Below are positions 7,316 through 14,791 of a stretch of DNA of 37,329 bases, piece by piece (position 1 is the stretch's first letter; each line of letters starts with the position of its first letter). The notes under the pieces are model-generated. The model was not told the DNA's origin. It saw only the letters and a list, made by a program, of their open reading frames with translations, and did not search any database. The DNA is from a virus. The position numbers were made by a program, and so were the translations under genes. Location of the stretch: the IMG/VR virus record IMGVR_UViG_3300012138_000002, positions 1 through 37,329 of that record. One strand, 5' to 3'.

Positions 7316-7917
7316 TTCGGTTCGATGTTTCTCATTAAATATTGTATCATTTCGTCTTTGGCGATAATATTGTTTTTCAAGGCCTCAATAGTTTCGTCCT
7401 TAGACTTAATGATACCCTCCAGCCGGGCAATTTCCGTTTTCAGGCTGGTGACTTCCTGTAGGAGTAATTCTTCTGCATTAGAGTTCTGTTTTATTACGAT
7501 TTCCTCCGGCCGGATTATTTTTTTGCCCTCTAAATCACCTACATTGACGATATGACCGTGTTTTCCGGTTTTAAAATCAGGGCTGTTATTCCTTCCGTTA
7601 TTAATACCAATAGATGTACCATTGTTATTCTTTATATCTGTATTAACCATATCCCTACCTGCGTTATATTCTGCTTTCAACATATTGCCTTCGCCCGTTA
7701 GGAGCCAATCAATATTAAAGATGTTTTCAAAAGCTACATTAAATCTTTTTATAAAATTGTCCGTTAAATATTTACTATCACCATTTAAAGCTGCATTTGT
7801 ATTATTATAATTAGCTCCTACTTTTTTTGCAATATCCTTTTGTATAGAATATCTATTTATATATTCTTTTTCAATTAAATACAATATCGCTTTATTAATT
7901 CTGTTAATCTTTTCCAT
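7312..7917 (-). CDS. CI-like phage repressor (Phage_CI_repr-type HTH plus C-terminal coiled coil, no S24 peptidase domain)
   Basis: The N-terminal HTH region ends in the hallmark NIDWLLTGEGNML. The C-terminus EELLLQEVTSLKTEIARLEGIIKSKDETIEALKNNIIAKDEMI is heptad-like. The gene lies on the opposite strand to the early genes. Confidence 0.7.
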   Translation of the reverse strand: MEKINRINKAILYLIEKEYINRYSIQKDIAKKVGANYNNTNAALNGDSKYLTDNFIKRFNVAFENIFNIDWLLTGEGNMLKAEYNAGRDMVNTDIKNNNGTSIGINNGRNNSPDFKTGKHGHIVNVGDLEGKKIIRPEEIVIKQNSNAEELLLQEVTSLKTEIARLEGIIKSKDETIEALKNNIIAKDEMIQYLMRNIEPK

Positions 7918-7945
7918 AAATATAGTATTACACGTATTATGTTAG

Positions 7946-7953
7946 TATATTTG
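7946..7953 (+). promoter_or_regulatory. Possible -7 box TATATTTG
   Basis: Matches TAnnTTTG. No TTTG lies at the -33 distance. Confidence 0.3.
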
Positions 7954-8060
7954 CAAAGTAATCAATCGTGGCGATTACGTTAAAGATATAAGGTTTAAAC
8001 CTAAAGAGCGATGTACAGCCACGATCTGTGCGTTGCTCTTGTTTTTATATTTAAACTATT

Positions 8061-8276
8061 ATGAGATTCATTAAATTTAAATTCTCTGAATATCGTAGGA
8101 GAAAGCTTCGAAAAAAAATCATTTTAGCTATTTTACAAAATCCAGAACATGGTGCTAATAAAAATTTGGAGCCTGTAGATGACGATGGTATATGCCCTAT
8201 AACCGGACTTTCAGCACAACTGGAATTATTTATAGAAGACGGAATACAACCTTTTTTATCTCGCCATAGCAAATAG
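8061..8276 (+). CDS. Doubtful small ORF (71 aa) between minus-strand genes
   Basis: ATG ORF about 100 nt downstream of the 7946 box. It is convergent with 8288-8758 with only an 11-nt gap. No motif recognised. Confidence 0.3.
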   Translation: MRFIKFKFSEYRRRKLRKKIILAILQNPEHGANKNLEPVDDDGICPITGLSAQLELFIEDGIQPFLSRHSK

Positions 8277-8287
8277 ATAAAGAACTG

Positions 8288-8758
8288 TTACATCGTCACA
8301 TAATGGTCTGATGACAGCTTTGATATCCTAGGCGGTTTACTTGTTGTTTTTGTCTCAATAGAAGGCCAAACAACAGAAATATCAAACTTAACGCTGGTAA
8401 CCGATATATTTTGTGTATCGGTTTCTTTTTGCCCGCCAATACCAAAGCTTCCGAATAAAACACCGATTCCCGCTTTATCTGCCGTTCCGTCACTCGAAGT
8501 AAGAGCAACTTCAAACAATATTTTACTTACAACCCGGTTAACCCCGTCTACTTTTGTTTTTCCCTTATCTGCGTTATCTATCCAACTTGGATTTATCACT
8601 GCGTTCAGGCTTTTACAACTATTCTGCGCCGATACAATACCCTCCGATATTTGCACTAAAGTTTCTTTTATAAATTCTTTCAATTCCACGATAATAATTT
8701 TAGTTAATGTTAGCCGTTTATATATGCCTGGCAATTTTACTCGTTCGACAAAATACAA
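8288..8758 (-). CDS. Trypco2-like small protein (effector-associated domain family)
   Basis: ELKEFIKETLVQISEGIVSAQ is a helix. ILFEVALTSSDGTADKAGIGVL...GGQKETDTQNISVTSVKFDISVVWP then resembles the helix plus beta-meander pattern of trypco2 proteins (recalled). The likelier start is GTG 8689, which would leave a 47-nt gap to the upstream gene. Confidence 0.55.
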   Translation of the reverse strand: MYFVERVKLPGIYKRLTLTKIIIVELKEFIKETLVQISEGIVSAQNSCKSLNAVINPSWIDNADKGKTKVDGVNRVVSKILFEVALTSSDGTADKAGIGVLFGSFGIGGQKETDTQNISVTSVKFDISVVWPSIETKTTSKPPRISKLSSDHYVTM

Positions 8759-9252
8759 TTAATATACTTTGCCATTCTTTTATTATCCTTGTCTTTTACT
8801 TCTTTTTCGTAATCACCCTTATTCGTAGACATCCTTATTTTATTCATTCCTATAGATGATATTTTTATAAAAATATCATTATCTACATAATATATAGGTG
8901 TAGTTGTTGATACTGTACCTATGGAATTAATTTCTGAAAATTTAGATTCGTTAGGATATAATTTAATTGTTTCATCGTTATTTAATTTGATATACAAAGG
9001 GTCTTCTTTTCTAACAGTTAAAACATCATGGCTGGTAAGCTTTAGGAATATAGCTTTTTGTTCATCTATACTTGCGAAAAATATAGTAAATATATGTTTG
9101 TCAGTGAATTTATAATTAATATTAAACGATTCCGTTGCAACCGATTTTATTCCGGTAAACTCATCTACTTCATTCTTTAAAAATTTACATTGTGCATTAA
9201 GGTTTAAAGTTGTGAATGCTACTAGCATTAATACGAACAGCAGTTTCTTCAT
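8737..9252 (-). CDS. Secreted protein with a Bacteroidota-type signal peptide (171 aa)
   Basis: MKKLLFVLMLVAFTTLNLNAQ is followed by a beta-rich mature part. The gene is very AT-rich. It is the first gene of the leftward unit. Confidence 0.75.
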   Translation of the reverse strand: MKKLLFVLMLVAFTTLNLNAQCKFLKNEVDEFTGIKSVATESFNINYKFTDKHIFTIFFASIDEQKAIFLKLTSHDVLTVRKEDPLYIKLNNDETIKLYPNESKFSEINSIGTVSTTTPIYYVDNDIFIKISSIGMNKIRMSTNKGDYEKEVKDKDNKRMAKYINCILSNE

Positions 9253-9325
9253 AATTGTAGTTTTAGTTGTTAATAATCTATTTTCTTAATTAAAGTTAAT
9301 ATACGGATATTATACGTGTTTTATT

Positions 9326-9356
9326 TTTGATACGTGAAATATTCGTATTACGTTTG
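9326..9356 (+). promoter_or_regulatory. Rightward early promoter
   Basis: TTTG (9326-9329) and TACGTTTG (9349-9356) are 19 nt apart, the canonical Bacteroides -33/-7 arrangement. The first early ORF starts at 9527. Confidence 0.55.
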
Positions 9357-9438
9357 CAAAACCAATCAAACATGCAAGCAATAAAAAAGCAGTCACGATG
9401 TGAACCGTGAATATACATTTTTCATTTTTTGCTAACGG

Positions 9439-9446
9439 CAAATATA
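9439..9446 (-). promoter_or_regulatory. Leftward -7 box facing the early promoter
   Basis: Plus-strand CAAATATA is TATATTTG on the minus strand. No clean -33 box is present. Confidence 0.35.
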
Positions 9447-9526
9447 CGGACTGCTTTCTTTATTACCAAGTGTTTGTGGCAATTTATTAATTATTCAATT
9501 ATAAAACCATTCAAACATTAAAGATT

Positions 9527-9742
9527 ATGAGTCTTATATCGAGAGAAGAGTTGAAGGGAATGAAGCCGGGGGATAATATTATCCTTAAATGGTCTCACCC
9601 GAGTGAAGCAGTGAGCACGCAGTCGCTATGCAGCCACATTTCTATGAATTGTCCTGAACTTAATTTAAGGCTTCGGACAAAAAAGAACCGTCAGAAACAA
9701 ACTATTACCATAACAGCCGAAAGAAAGGAGGATAAGTTATGA
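9527..9742 (+). CDS. Hypothetical early protein (71 aa)
   Basis: ATG ORF. It is the first gene after the early promoter and has an ATGA overlap with the next gene. Confidence 0.55.
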   Translation: MSLISREELKGMKPGDNIILKWSHPSEAVSTQSLCSHISMNCPELNLRLRTKKNRQKQTITITAERKEDKL

Positions 9743-10289
9743 AAGAATTAGTTTACGACAACGGAAGCGGCCAGCCGGTAACCGATAGCTTGCGGGTGGC
9801 AATGAAATTTAGGAAAGAACATAAAAATGTAATCAGGGATATCAGAGAATTATTGAGGACGGCTCAAAATTGCGCCGTCCTCGAAAAGAGAGAAGCAGTA
9901 AAGGCTATGTTCGTGGAATCCACTTATTTAAATGAGCAGAATAAAGAACAACCTATGTTCATCATGACCGATCCGGCTTTTCTCTCTTAGCTATGGGTTT
10001 TACCGGTCAGAAAGCTTTTGAGTTTAAGACTGATTTTCTGTTTGCATTCCAGCGACAGAATAAACTTCTGAACGACCTTATCAACAACCAGCTCAAATTA
10101 GCCCGTGAGAGTGCGGAACAAAGGCTATTGATATCTAACCGGATTCTGGAAATAGATAAAACGGTAAAAAGTGTAATGAAGGAGCGCGGTGATTTGGTAA
10201 AGGCTCTTAATAAGATAGACCGCTCCGACTTCTTGCAATTGAGTATTCCTCTGATATTGGAAAGCGAATCTAAAAAGCAGAAAAAATGA
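9739..10289 (+). pseudogene. Rha-family phage regulatory protein split by a 1-nt frameshift (track ORFs 9739-9990 and 9993-10289)
   Basis: VTDSLRVAMKFRKEHKNVIRDIREL is the Phage_pRha N-terminal motif. The conserved MT-R-x-GF-x-LLAMGFTGxKA block is divided between frame 1 (..PMFIMT) and frame 0 (RSGFSLLAMGFTGQKAFEFK, read from 9969). Confidence 0.65.
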
Positions 10290-10528
10290 AACAAATCATA
10301 GGTAATACATACGGATATAGGCTATGCAATATAGTGTATGTAGTGGTCATTCAGTCATTCGAGCCGGAGGGTGAAAGGGTAGACGCTGACAGCTACATGG
10401 GCAAACAAACTCTAATATTCCAGAATGGGGAGAGTTTAACGCAAGATTGGTGTCGCGTGAAAGAACACGTGGAAAGAAATATACAATCAGGGGAGTATAA
10501 ATTATTGAGAGGAGAATATAAACTATGA
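10286..10528 (+). CDS. Hypothetical protein (80 aa)
   Basis: ATG ORF overlapping both neighbours. Confidence 0.55.
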   Translation: MKQIIGNTYGYRLCNIVYVVVIQSFEPEGERVDADSYMGKQTLIFQNGESLTQDWCRVKEHVERNIQSGEYKLLRGEYKL

Positions 10529-10824
10529 ATCATTCTACAACATTAACACGAGAGGTAAAAACAAGTAGCTGTGTAGCGATTATTACTCGTTCGCAAATAG
10601 AGACCGGGATACAAATAAACGAATATGTCCGGGTAAAAGTAGATATTGATGATAATAACAAATTGCGTTATTGCATCATAAATACCAAATCGAAGAGCCA
10701 TGTATGGCTTTATGAAGAAACAGCCCGCAAAGTAGTCGAAGGCCTGTTGAATCTATTCAAAGTAAAGCCTGAACCCCGTATGTGTAAAAGAGTAAAAATG
10801 AATATTGATTTTTTAAATAAGTAG
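10525..10824 (+). CDS. Hypothetical protein (99 aa)
   Basis: ATG ORF with an ATGA overlap upstream. Confidence 0.55.
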   Translation: MNHSTTLTREVKTSSCVAIITRSQIETGIQINEYVRVKVDIDDNNKLRYCIINTKSKSHVWLYEETARKVVEGLLNLFKVKPEPRMCKRVKMNIDFLNK

Positions 10825-10829
10825 AGGCT

Positions 10830-11573
10830 ATGAATCAATTACAATTATTTAACCCGGACAACGGGAAAAAGACTATGAGTAGCCGTGAGATAGCGGAGTA
10901 TACAGAGAAAAATCATCAACATGTGTTGAGAGATTGCGATACATTGAATGAATATTACGAGAAAATGTCACTGTCCACAATTGGACAGTCGCACTACAAA
11001 GCTGATAATGGGCAATTTTACCGGGAGTATCTTCTCACCAAGATGCAGACCATGGATTTAATGACCGGCTACCGTATCGATTTGCGCATAAAGGTAAATC
11101 GCCGATGGGAAGAACTGGAGACAGCCAGTAACTCGCCGGAGCTGCAAATGGCACAAGGTTTAATCGCTGCTCAAAAGATTATTGAGAATAAGACTCAACA
11201 ATTGCAGATGCTACAAGGCGAGAACCAACACCTGACAAATGAAGTAAAAGTGTTAGCTCCCAAAGCTGCCTATACAGATGAGGTGTTACAATCGACCACT
11301 ACTTATACAATGACGCAGTTGGCTAAGGAACTGGATATGACAGAGTGTAAGTTAAAGAAAATCCTAATAGCGAAGAGGATTGTCTACAATCAGTCAGGAC
11401 AATGGATGCTGCATGCTAAATATACAGGAAACGAATACACCAAGCCCCGCACGCATAAATATTATAATTACAAGACTGAAAAGACTGAATCCAGCACTAT
11501 AACCGTATGGACGGAGAAAGGGCGTCAGTTCATTCATTCACTGTTTGATAATAAAACTTTATTCAACCAATGA
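10830..11573 (+). CDS. Antirepressor-type regulator (Rha-like N-terminus plus KilAC/ANT C-terminal domain)
   Basis: MSSREIAEYTEKNHQHVLRDCDTL is Rha/Bro-like. AYTDEVLQSTTTYTMTQLAKELDM...WMLHAKYTGNEYTKPRTH...VWTEKGRQFI is KilAC-like (recalled). Confidence 0.75.
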   Translation: MNQLQLFNPDNGKKTMSSREIAEYTEKNHQHVLRDCDTLNEYYEKMSLSTIGQSHYKADNGQFYREYLLTKMQTMDLMTGYRIDLRIKVNRRWEELETASNSPELQMAQGLIAAQKIIENKTQQLQMLQGENQHLTNEVKVLAPKAAYTDEVLQSTTTYTMTQLAKELDMTECKLKKILIAKRIVYNQSGQWMLHAKYTGNEYTKPRTHKYYNYKTEKTESSTITVWTEKGRQFIHSLFDNKTLFNQ

Positions 11574-11905
11574 AAATAATAGAAGCATATCATTGCGATT
11601 ACTGCAAGAAATACAGCAAATCGAAAGGGGTAATAACCCGTCACGAAAAAGAGTGTTATCACAATCCGGTAACAAAGGCCTGCGCAACCTGTAAGCATTT
11701 ACGGCAAGAGGATTATAAACATCCTTACTGGAGTGGAGCGCAGGGCGTTGAAATGGAGTCTACATGGGCAAGACCCATGTGCGCGGAAGGAGTTGAAATA
11801 TCATTCCGGAATAAGCCGGAAGATGCGATAGGTCACAGAATAGACCTAAAAAATAATTGCCCTCTCTGGGAGCAACGCGAAGAAACAGAAGAGGAGGAGG
11901 GTTAA
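11570..11905 (+). CDS. Cys-rich zinc-ribbon protein with an acidic tail (111 aa)
   Basis: CDYCKK..HEKEC and CATCKH..C motifs are present. The C-terminus is REETEEEEG. Confidence 0.6.
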   Translation: MKIIEAYHCDYCKKYSKSKGVITRHEKECYHNPVTKACATCKHLRQEDYKHPYWSGAQGVEMESTWARPMCAEGVEISFRNKPEDAIGHRIDLKNNCPLWEQREETEEEEG

Positions 11906-11908
11906 CCA

Positions 11909-12061
11909 ATGAAAAAGGACAGAACAAAAACACACGGCTATTCCTCTGCCGAAATAATCATCGCTTTGGCCTTTATCCTGCTGGCTTTACTGATAGCCGG
12001 CACGCTGGACTACCAAGACGCTAAAGAGACGGCCGAATATAGGAAAGAACAAACTAAATAA
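11909..12061 (+). CDS. Small single-TM protein (50 aa)
   Basis: ATG 11909 and TAA 12059-12061. AEIIIALAFILLALLIAG is a TM helix. Below the track cutoff. Confidence 0.4.
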   Translation: MKKDRTKTHGYSSAEIIIALAFILLALLIAGTLDYQDAKETAEYRKEQTK

Positions 12062-12092
12062 CAACTATGGAAGAATTGAAATCATTTGAACT

Positions 12093-12440
12093 ATGTTGCG
12101 CCTATTGGGCATTGAACCGAATTTGCCTGATGTATCACAATTATCTAATGATTTTGCGAAAGCATTAGTAAGTAATTACAAGCTGTGGGTAATTGCCAAA
12201 GCCTGGAATAAAAAAGATGGCTTTGTTCCGGATTATGACAACTGGAATCAGCCAAAGTATTATCCATATTTCGAAAAACGCCCTTCCGGCTTCGCTTTCT
12301 GGTTCTCGGGTTACGATACTACGCGCTCGGTTGCGGGCTCGTGTTCCCGCCTTCCGTTTGAAACGATATCGCGTGCGAAAGAATTTGGAGAGATGTTCAT
12401 AGATCTGCACAATGATGTATTGCTGATTGATATCAAATAA
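12093..12440 (+). CDS. Hypothetical protein (115 aa), possibly truncated at the N-terminus
   Basis: The ATG ORF is LLGIEPNLPDVS...WNQPKYYPYF. A short ORF in another frame (12067, MEELKSFELCC..) looks like its missing N-terminus. Confidence 0.6.
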   Translation: MLRLLGIEPNLPDVSQLSNDFAKALVSNYKLWVIAKAWNKKDGFVPDYDNWNQPKYYPYFEKRPSGFAFWFSGYDTTRSVAGSCSRLPFETISRAKEFGEMFIDLHNDVLLIDIK

Positions 12441-12462
12441 CCATCAAATAAGAAATAAATAT

Positions 12463-12684
12463 ATGAAAATAAAGAGGCGTGAAAGGCTTTTTCTGGTGAG
12501 CTATGTCGGTCATAAGCATAAGAATACTTTATGTTTCGGCGATTCGGTAGTAGGTACAGACGGCTCGTATGTAAACAGGGCAAAGTTCTGCTCTGATATA
12601 GAAGAAGACTCCGGCGTTAAGCAGGTATGCATAATAGGCATACAGGAAATCACCGAGCAGAATTACAAAGATTTTATTGAATAA
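12463..12684 (+). CDS. Hypothetical protein (73 aa)
   Basis: The track start 12427 is TTG. The first ATG, 12463, avoids overlap with the upstream gene. Confidence 0.5.
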   Translation: MKIKRRERLFLVSYVGHKHKNTLCFGDSVVGTDGSYVNRAKFCSDIEEDSGVKQVCIIGIQEITEQNYKDFIE

Positions 12685-12688
12685 GGAT

Positions 12689-12982
12689 ATGAAAGATATG
12701 GATATTATACTGCATTCTATGTCTACCAGCGAATTTAAAAACATTATCGCTGAGGCAGTAAAAGAAGAACTATCTGCACACTTCAAAGATGAGATGCCGG
12801 ATGACTATACGCTGACCAAAAAGGACGTATGCAGGATGTTGAAAATTACCTGTCCCACATTGGATAAAAGGACTAGGGAGGGGAAAATAACCGCTTCAAG
12901 AACTGAAGGGCACATCAGGTATAAATATGCGGATATTAAGAAATATATGGAAGATAATAAAATGAAGTTTACCAAAGGATAA
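12689..12982 (+). CDS. Excisionase-like HTH_17/MerR-type DNA-binding protein
   Basis: LTKKDVCRMLKITCPTLDKRTREGKITASRTEGHIRYKYADIKKYM fits the excisionase-family HTH pattern. The track start 12677 is TTG and the first ATG is 12689. Confidence 0.55.
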   Translation: MKDMDIILHSMSTSEFKNIIAEAVKEELSAHFKDEMPDDYTLTKKDVCRMLKITCPTLDKRTREGKITASRTEGHIRYKYADIKKYMEDNKMKFTKG

Positions 12983-12994
12983 CAACCAGCGGGC

Positions 12995-13327
12995 ATGTAT
13001 CAAGGCGCAACCGAAATAACATACCCGAATAAAGAAAGGACAATAGAAATGGATACAGGTACAAATTTAAACAAAAAAACGGAGAATAGTGAAGCTATTC
13101 AAAAGCATTACTACGCCAATCAAATAATAGAAGCGGTCAAAAACTTCACGAATAACAATGATATAGGCGTTATTTTAAAGGCAATAAATGACGCTTGTTA
13201 TGCAGTGGATGAATGCAGAGAGGATGCAGAAAAGGCGAATGTGTATTTAATCTTCATCAATCTTCTATCGGATTTGACGATATTATACCAATGTTATCAT
13301 GACTACAAAGAATACGACAAAGCATAA
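12995..13327 (+). CDS. Hypothetical protein (110 aa)
   Basis: ATG ORF on the same strand and in the same operon context as its neighbours. Confidence 0.55.
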   Translation: MYQGATEITYPNKERTIEMDTGTNLNKKTENSEAIQKHYYANQIIEAVKNFTNNNDIGVILKAINDACYAVDECREDAEKANVYLIFINLLSDLTILYQCYHDYKEYDKA

Positions 13328-13331
13328 AATA

Positions 13332-13700
13332 ATGAAAATATATATTGAAAAAACAAAACAGGAAGCCGTACATTCAGAGCTAATGGAAGTTATGTGTATC
13401 GCTACGGCATTAAGGGATAAAATACACCTTGTCAAAGATAGTGAAGAATTGAAATATGATGACTGGCCGGATATACTTGACGCCATGCAAACCGAACTGA
13501 ACGAATTTAAAGCGAAGATTAGCGAAATGATTGGCAATTTAATGATAACCGCAGTTGATAAGATTATGGATCCTGACAATAAAATAAGGTTACACTGTCA
13601 AGATGAACAACATCTAGAGATATCAAATAAGGAAGATAAAATATATAGGGATAGGATTCTATATATAAAACTTATAACAATTTATAATTATGGAATTTAA
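13332..13700 (+). CDS. Hypothetical protein (122 aa; the alternative start 13299 gives 133 aa)
   Basis: ATG 13332 lies 5 nt after the upstream stop. ATG 13299 would overlap the upstream gene by 29 nt. Confidence 0.55.
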   Translation: MKIYIEKTKQEAVHSELMEVMCIATALRDKIHLVKDSEELKYDDWPDILDAMQTELNEFKAKISEMIGNLMITAVDKIMDPDNKIRLHCQDEQHLEISNKEDKIYRDRILYIKLITIYNYGI

Positions 13701-14400
13701 CGAATTAAAAGACGAATTATTGAAGCGTGCCAAGAGTAGAAATGCTTGCGAAAAAGGTTATGCTATGGGACTTAGATCGAACAGTAAAGCTGATTTACTA
13801 AAGACTATTACGGATAACTGGTTTTGGGTATTTCGTAATGCTAAGATAGTAGATGCTCAATTTTTAGAGGAACATTTCACGCAGGAAGAGCTTAATCAAG
13901 CCGGGATATTTACGCAAAAAGTACATGTGGTTACTTCTATGAACGCATTTGCTTGCGGTTCATCCACTGTCGAGGCTTACGGTTCATCCACTATCACGGC
14001 TTACGATTCATCCACTGTCACGGCTTGCGATTCATCCACTATCACGGCTTACGATTCATCCACTGTCACGGCTTGCGATTCATCCACTATCACGGCTTAC
14101 GATTCATCTACTGTTAAGGCTTGCGGTTCATCCACTATCAAGGCTTGCGATTCATCCACTATCACGGCTTACGGTTCATCCACTGTTAAGGCTTGCGGTT
14201 CATCCACTGTCACGGCTTACGATTCATCTACTGTTAAGGCTTGCGATTCATCCACTGTCGAGGCTTACTCTAATTCTTATGTGGAGAACCGCACCGGAAA
14301 GGAAATCTTACCTCAGTCTGATTATGCAATAGTGAAAGATTATCATAAGCATAAGATATATATCAAGAAGTCTAAGTTTGAAATAGTTGAGGTCGAATGA
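13690..14400 (+). CDS. Repeat protein: about 87-aa N-terminal domain plus 13 tandem octapeptides A-[CY]-[GD]-S-S-T-[VI]-x
   Basis: ATG ORF. The repeats are in frame (13951 is codon phase 1). The likely fold is a beta-solenoid. Function unknown. Confidence 0.75.
   Translation: MEFNELKDELLKRAKSRNACEKGYAMGLRSNSKADLLKTITDNWFWVFRNAKIVDAQFLEEHFTQEELNQAGIFTQKVHVVTSMNAFACGSSTVEAYGSSTITAYDSSTVTACDSSTITAYDSSTVTACDSSTITAYDSSTVKACGSSTIKACDSSTITAYGSSTVKACGSSTVTAYDSSTVKACDSSTVEAYSNSYVENRTGKEILPQSDYAIVKDYHKHKIYIKKSKFEIVEVE
13951..14286 (+). repeat. 13 tandem 24-nt repeats plus one degenerate unit
   Basis: The unit is GCTTRCGRTTCATCYACTRTYRNG. Units 3-4 (13999-14046) are identical to units 5-6 (14047-14094). 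Confidence 0.95.
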
Positions 14401-14524
14401 AACTCAAATTAAACATATGTAACCTGGTCCGGTTGATCGTGTATTATCCGATCCTCCGGATCATGGGTTATTCTCATAAGGTGAGTATGTGGAGTATAAT
14501 AATCAAAAGAAATAAAAAGTAGAT

Positions 14525-14791
14525 ATGATAAAAAGAGAAGCGATTCTTGTCTCAAAAAAGCCCGTCAGCATATGGATGCTTTCAGGCAAAATAACAACTC
14601 ATATATTAACACTTGTGTATGAGTATAGGTTCTTCTATTTTAAATGGTATCGCATAAAACAAATAGTACCGTATATAGAGAAACCTTTTTACGACGGCGA
14701 ATACAGTTCGAATGAAAAGCTTATGCTTATTGCTAAAGATGAAATAAATTTAGCTAAGGAGTGGCTTATTGATTATAAAAAATTAAAATAG
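14525..14791 (+). CDS. Hypothetical protein (88 aa)
   Basis: ATG ORF whose stop abuts the next start. Confidence 0.5.
   Translation: MIKREAILVSKKPVSIWMLSGKITTHILTLVYEYRFFYFKWYRIKQIVPYIEKPFYDGEYSSNEKLMLIAKDEINLAKEWLIDYKKLK

Noticed and set aside
13951-14286. Regular repeats that could be mistaken for a CRISPR array
   Set aside because: The units are directly abutting with no spacers, they lie in frame within a CDS, and no cas genes are present.
13949-14332. 127-aa ORF (HPLSRLT repeats) in a second frame of the tandem-repeat region
   Set aside because: It is a shadow frame kept open only because the 24-nt unit has no stop in that phase. The 13690-14400 frame has a proper start, an N-terminal domain and a C-terminal domain.
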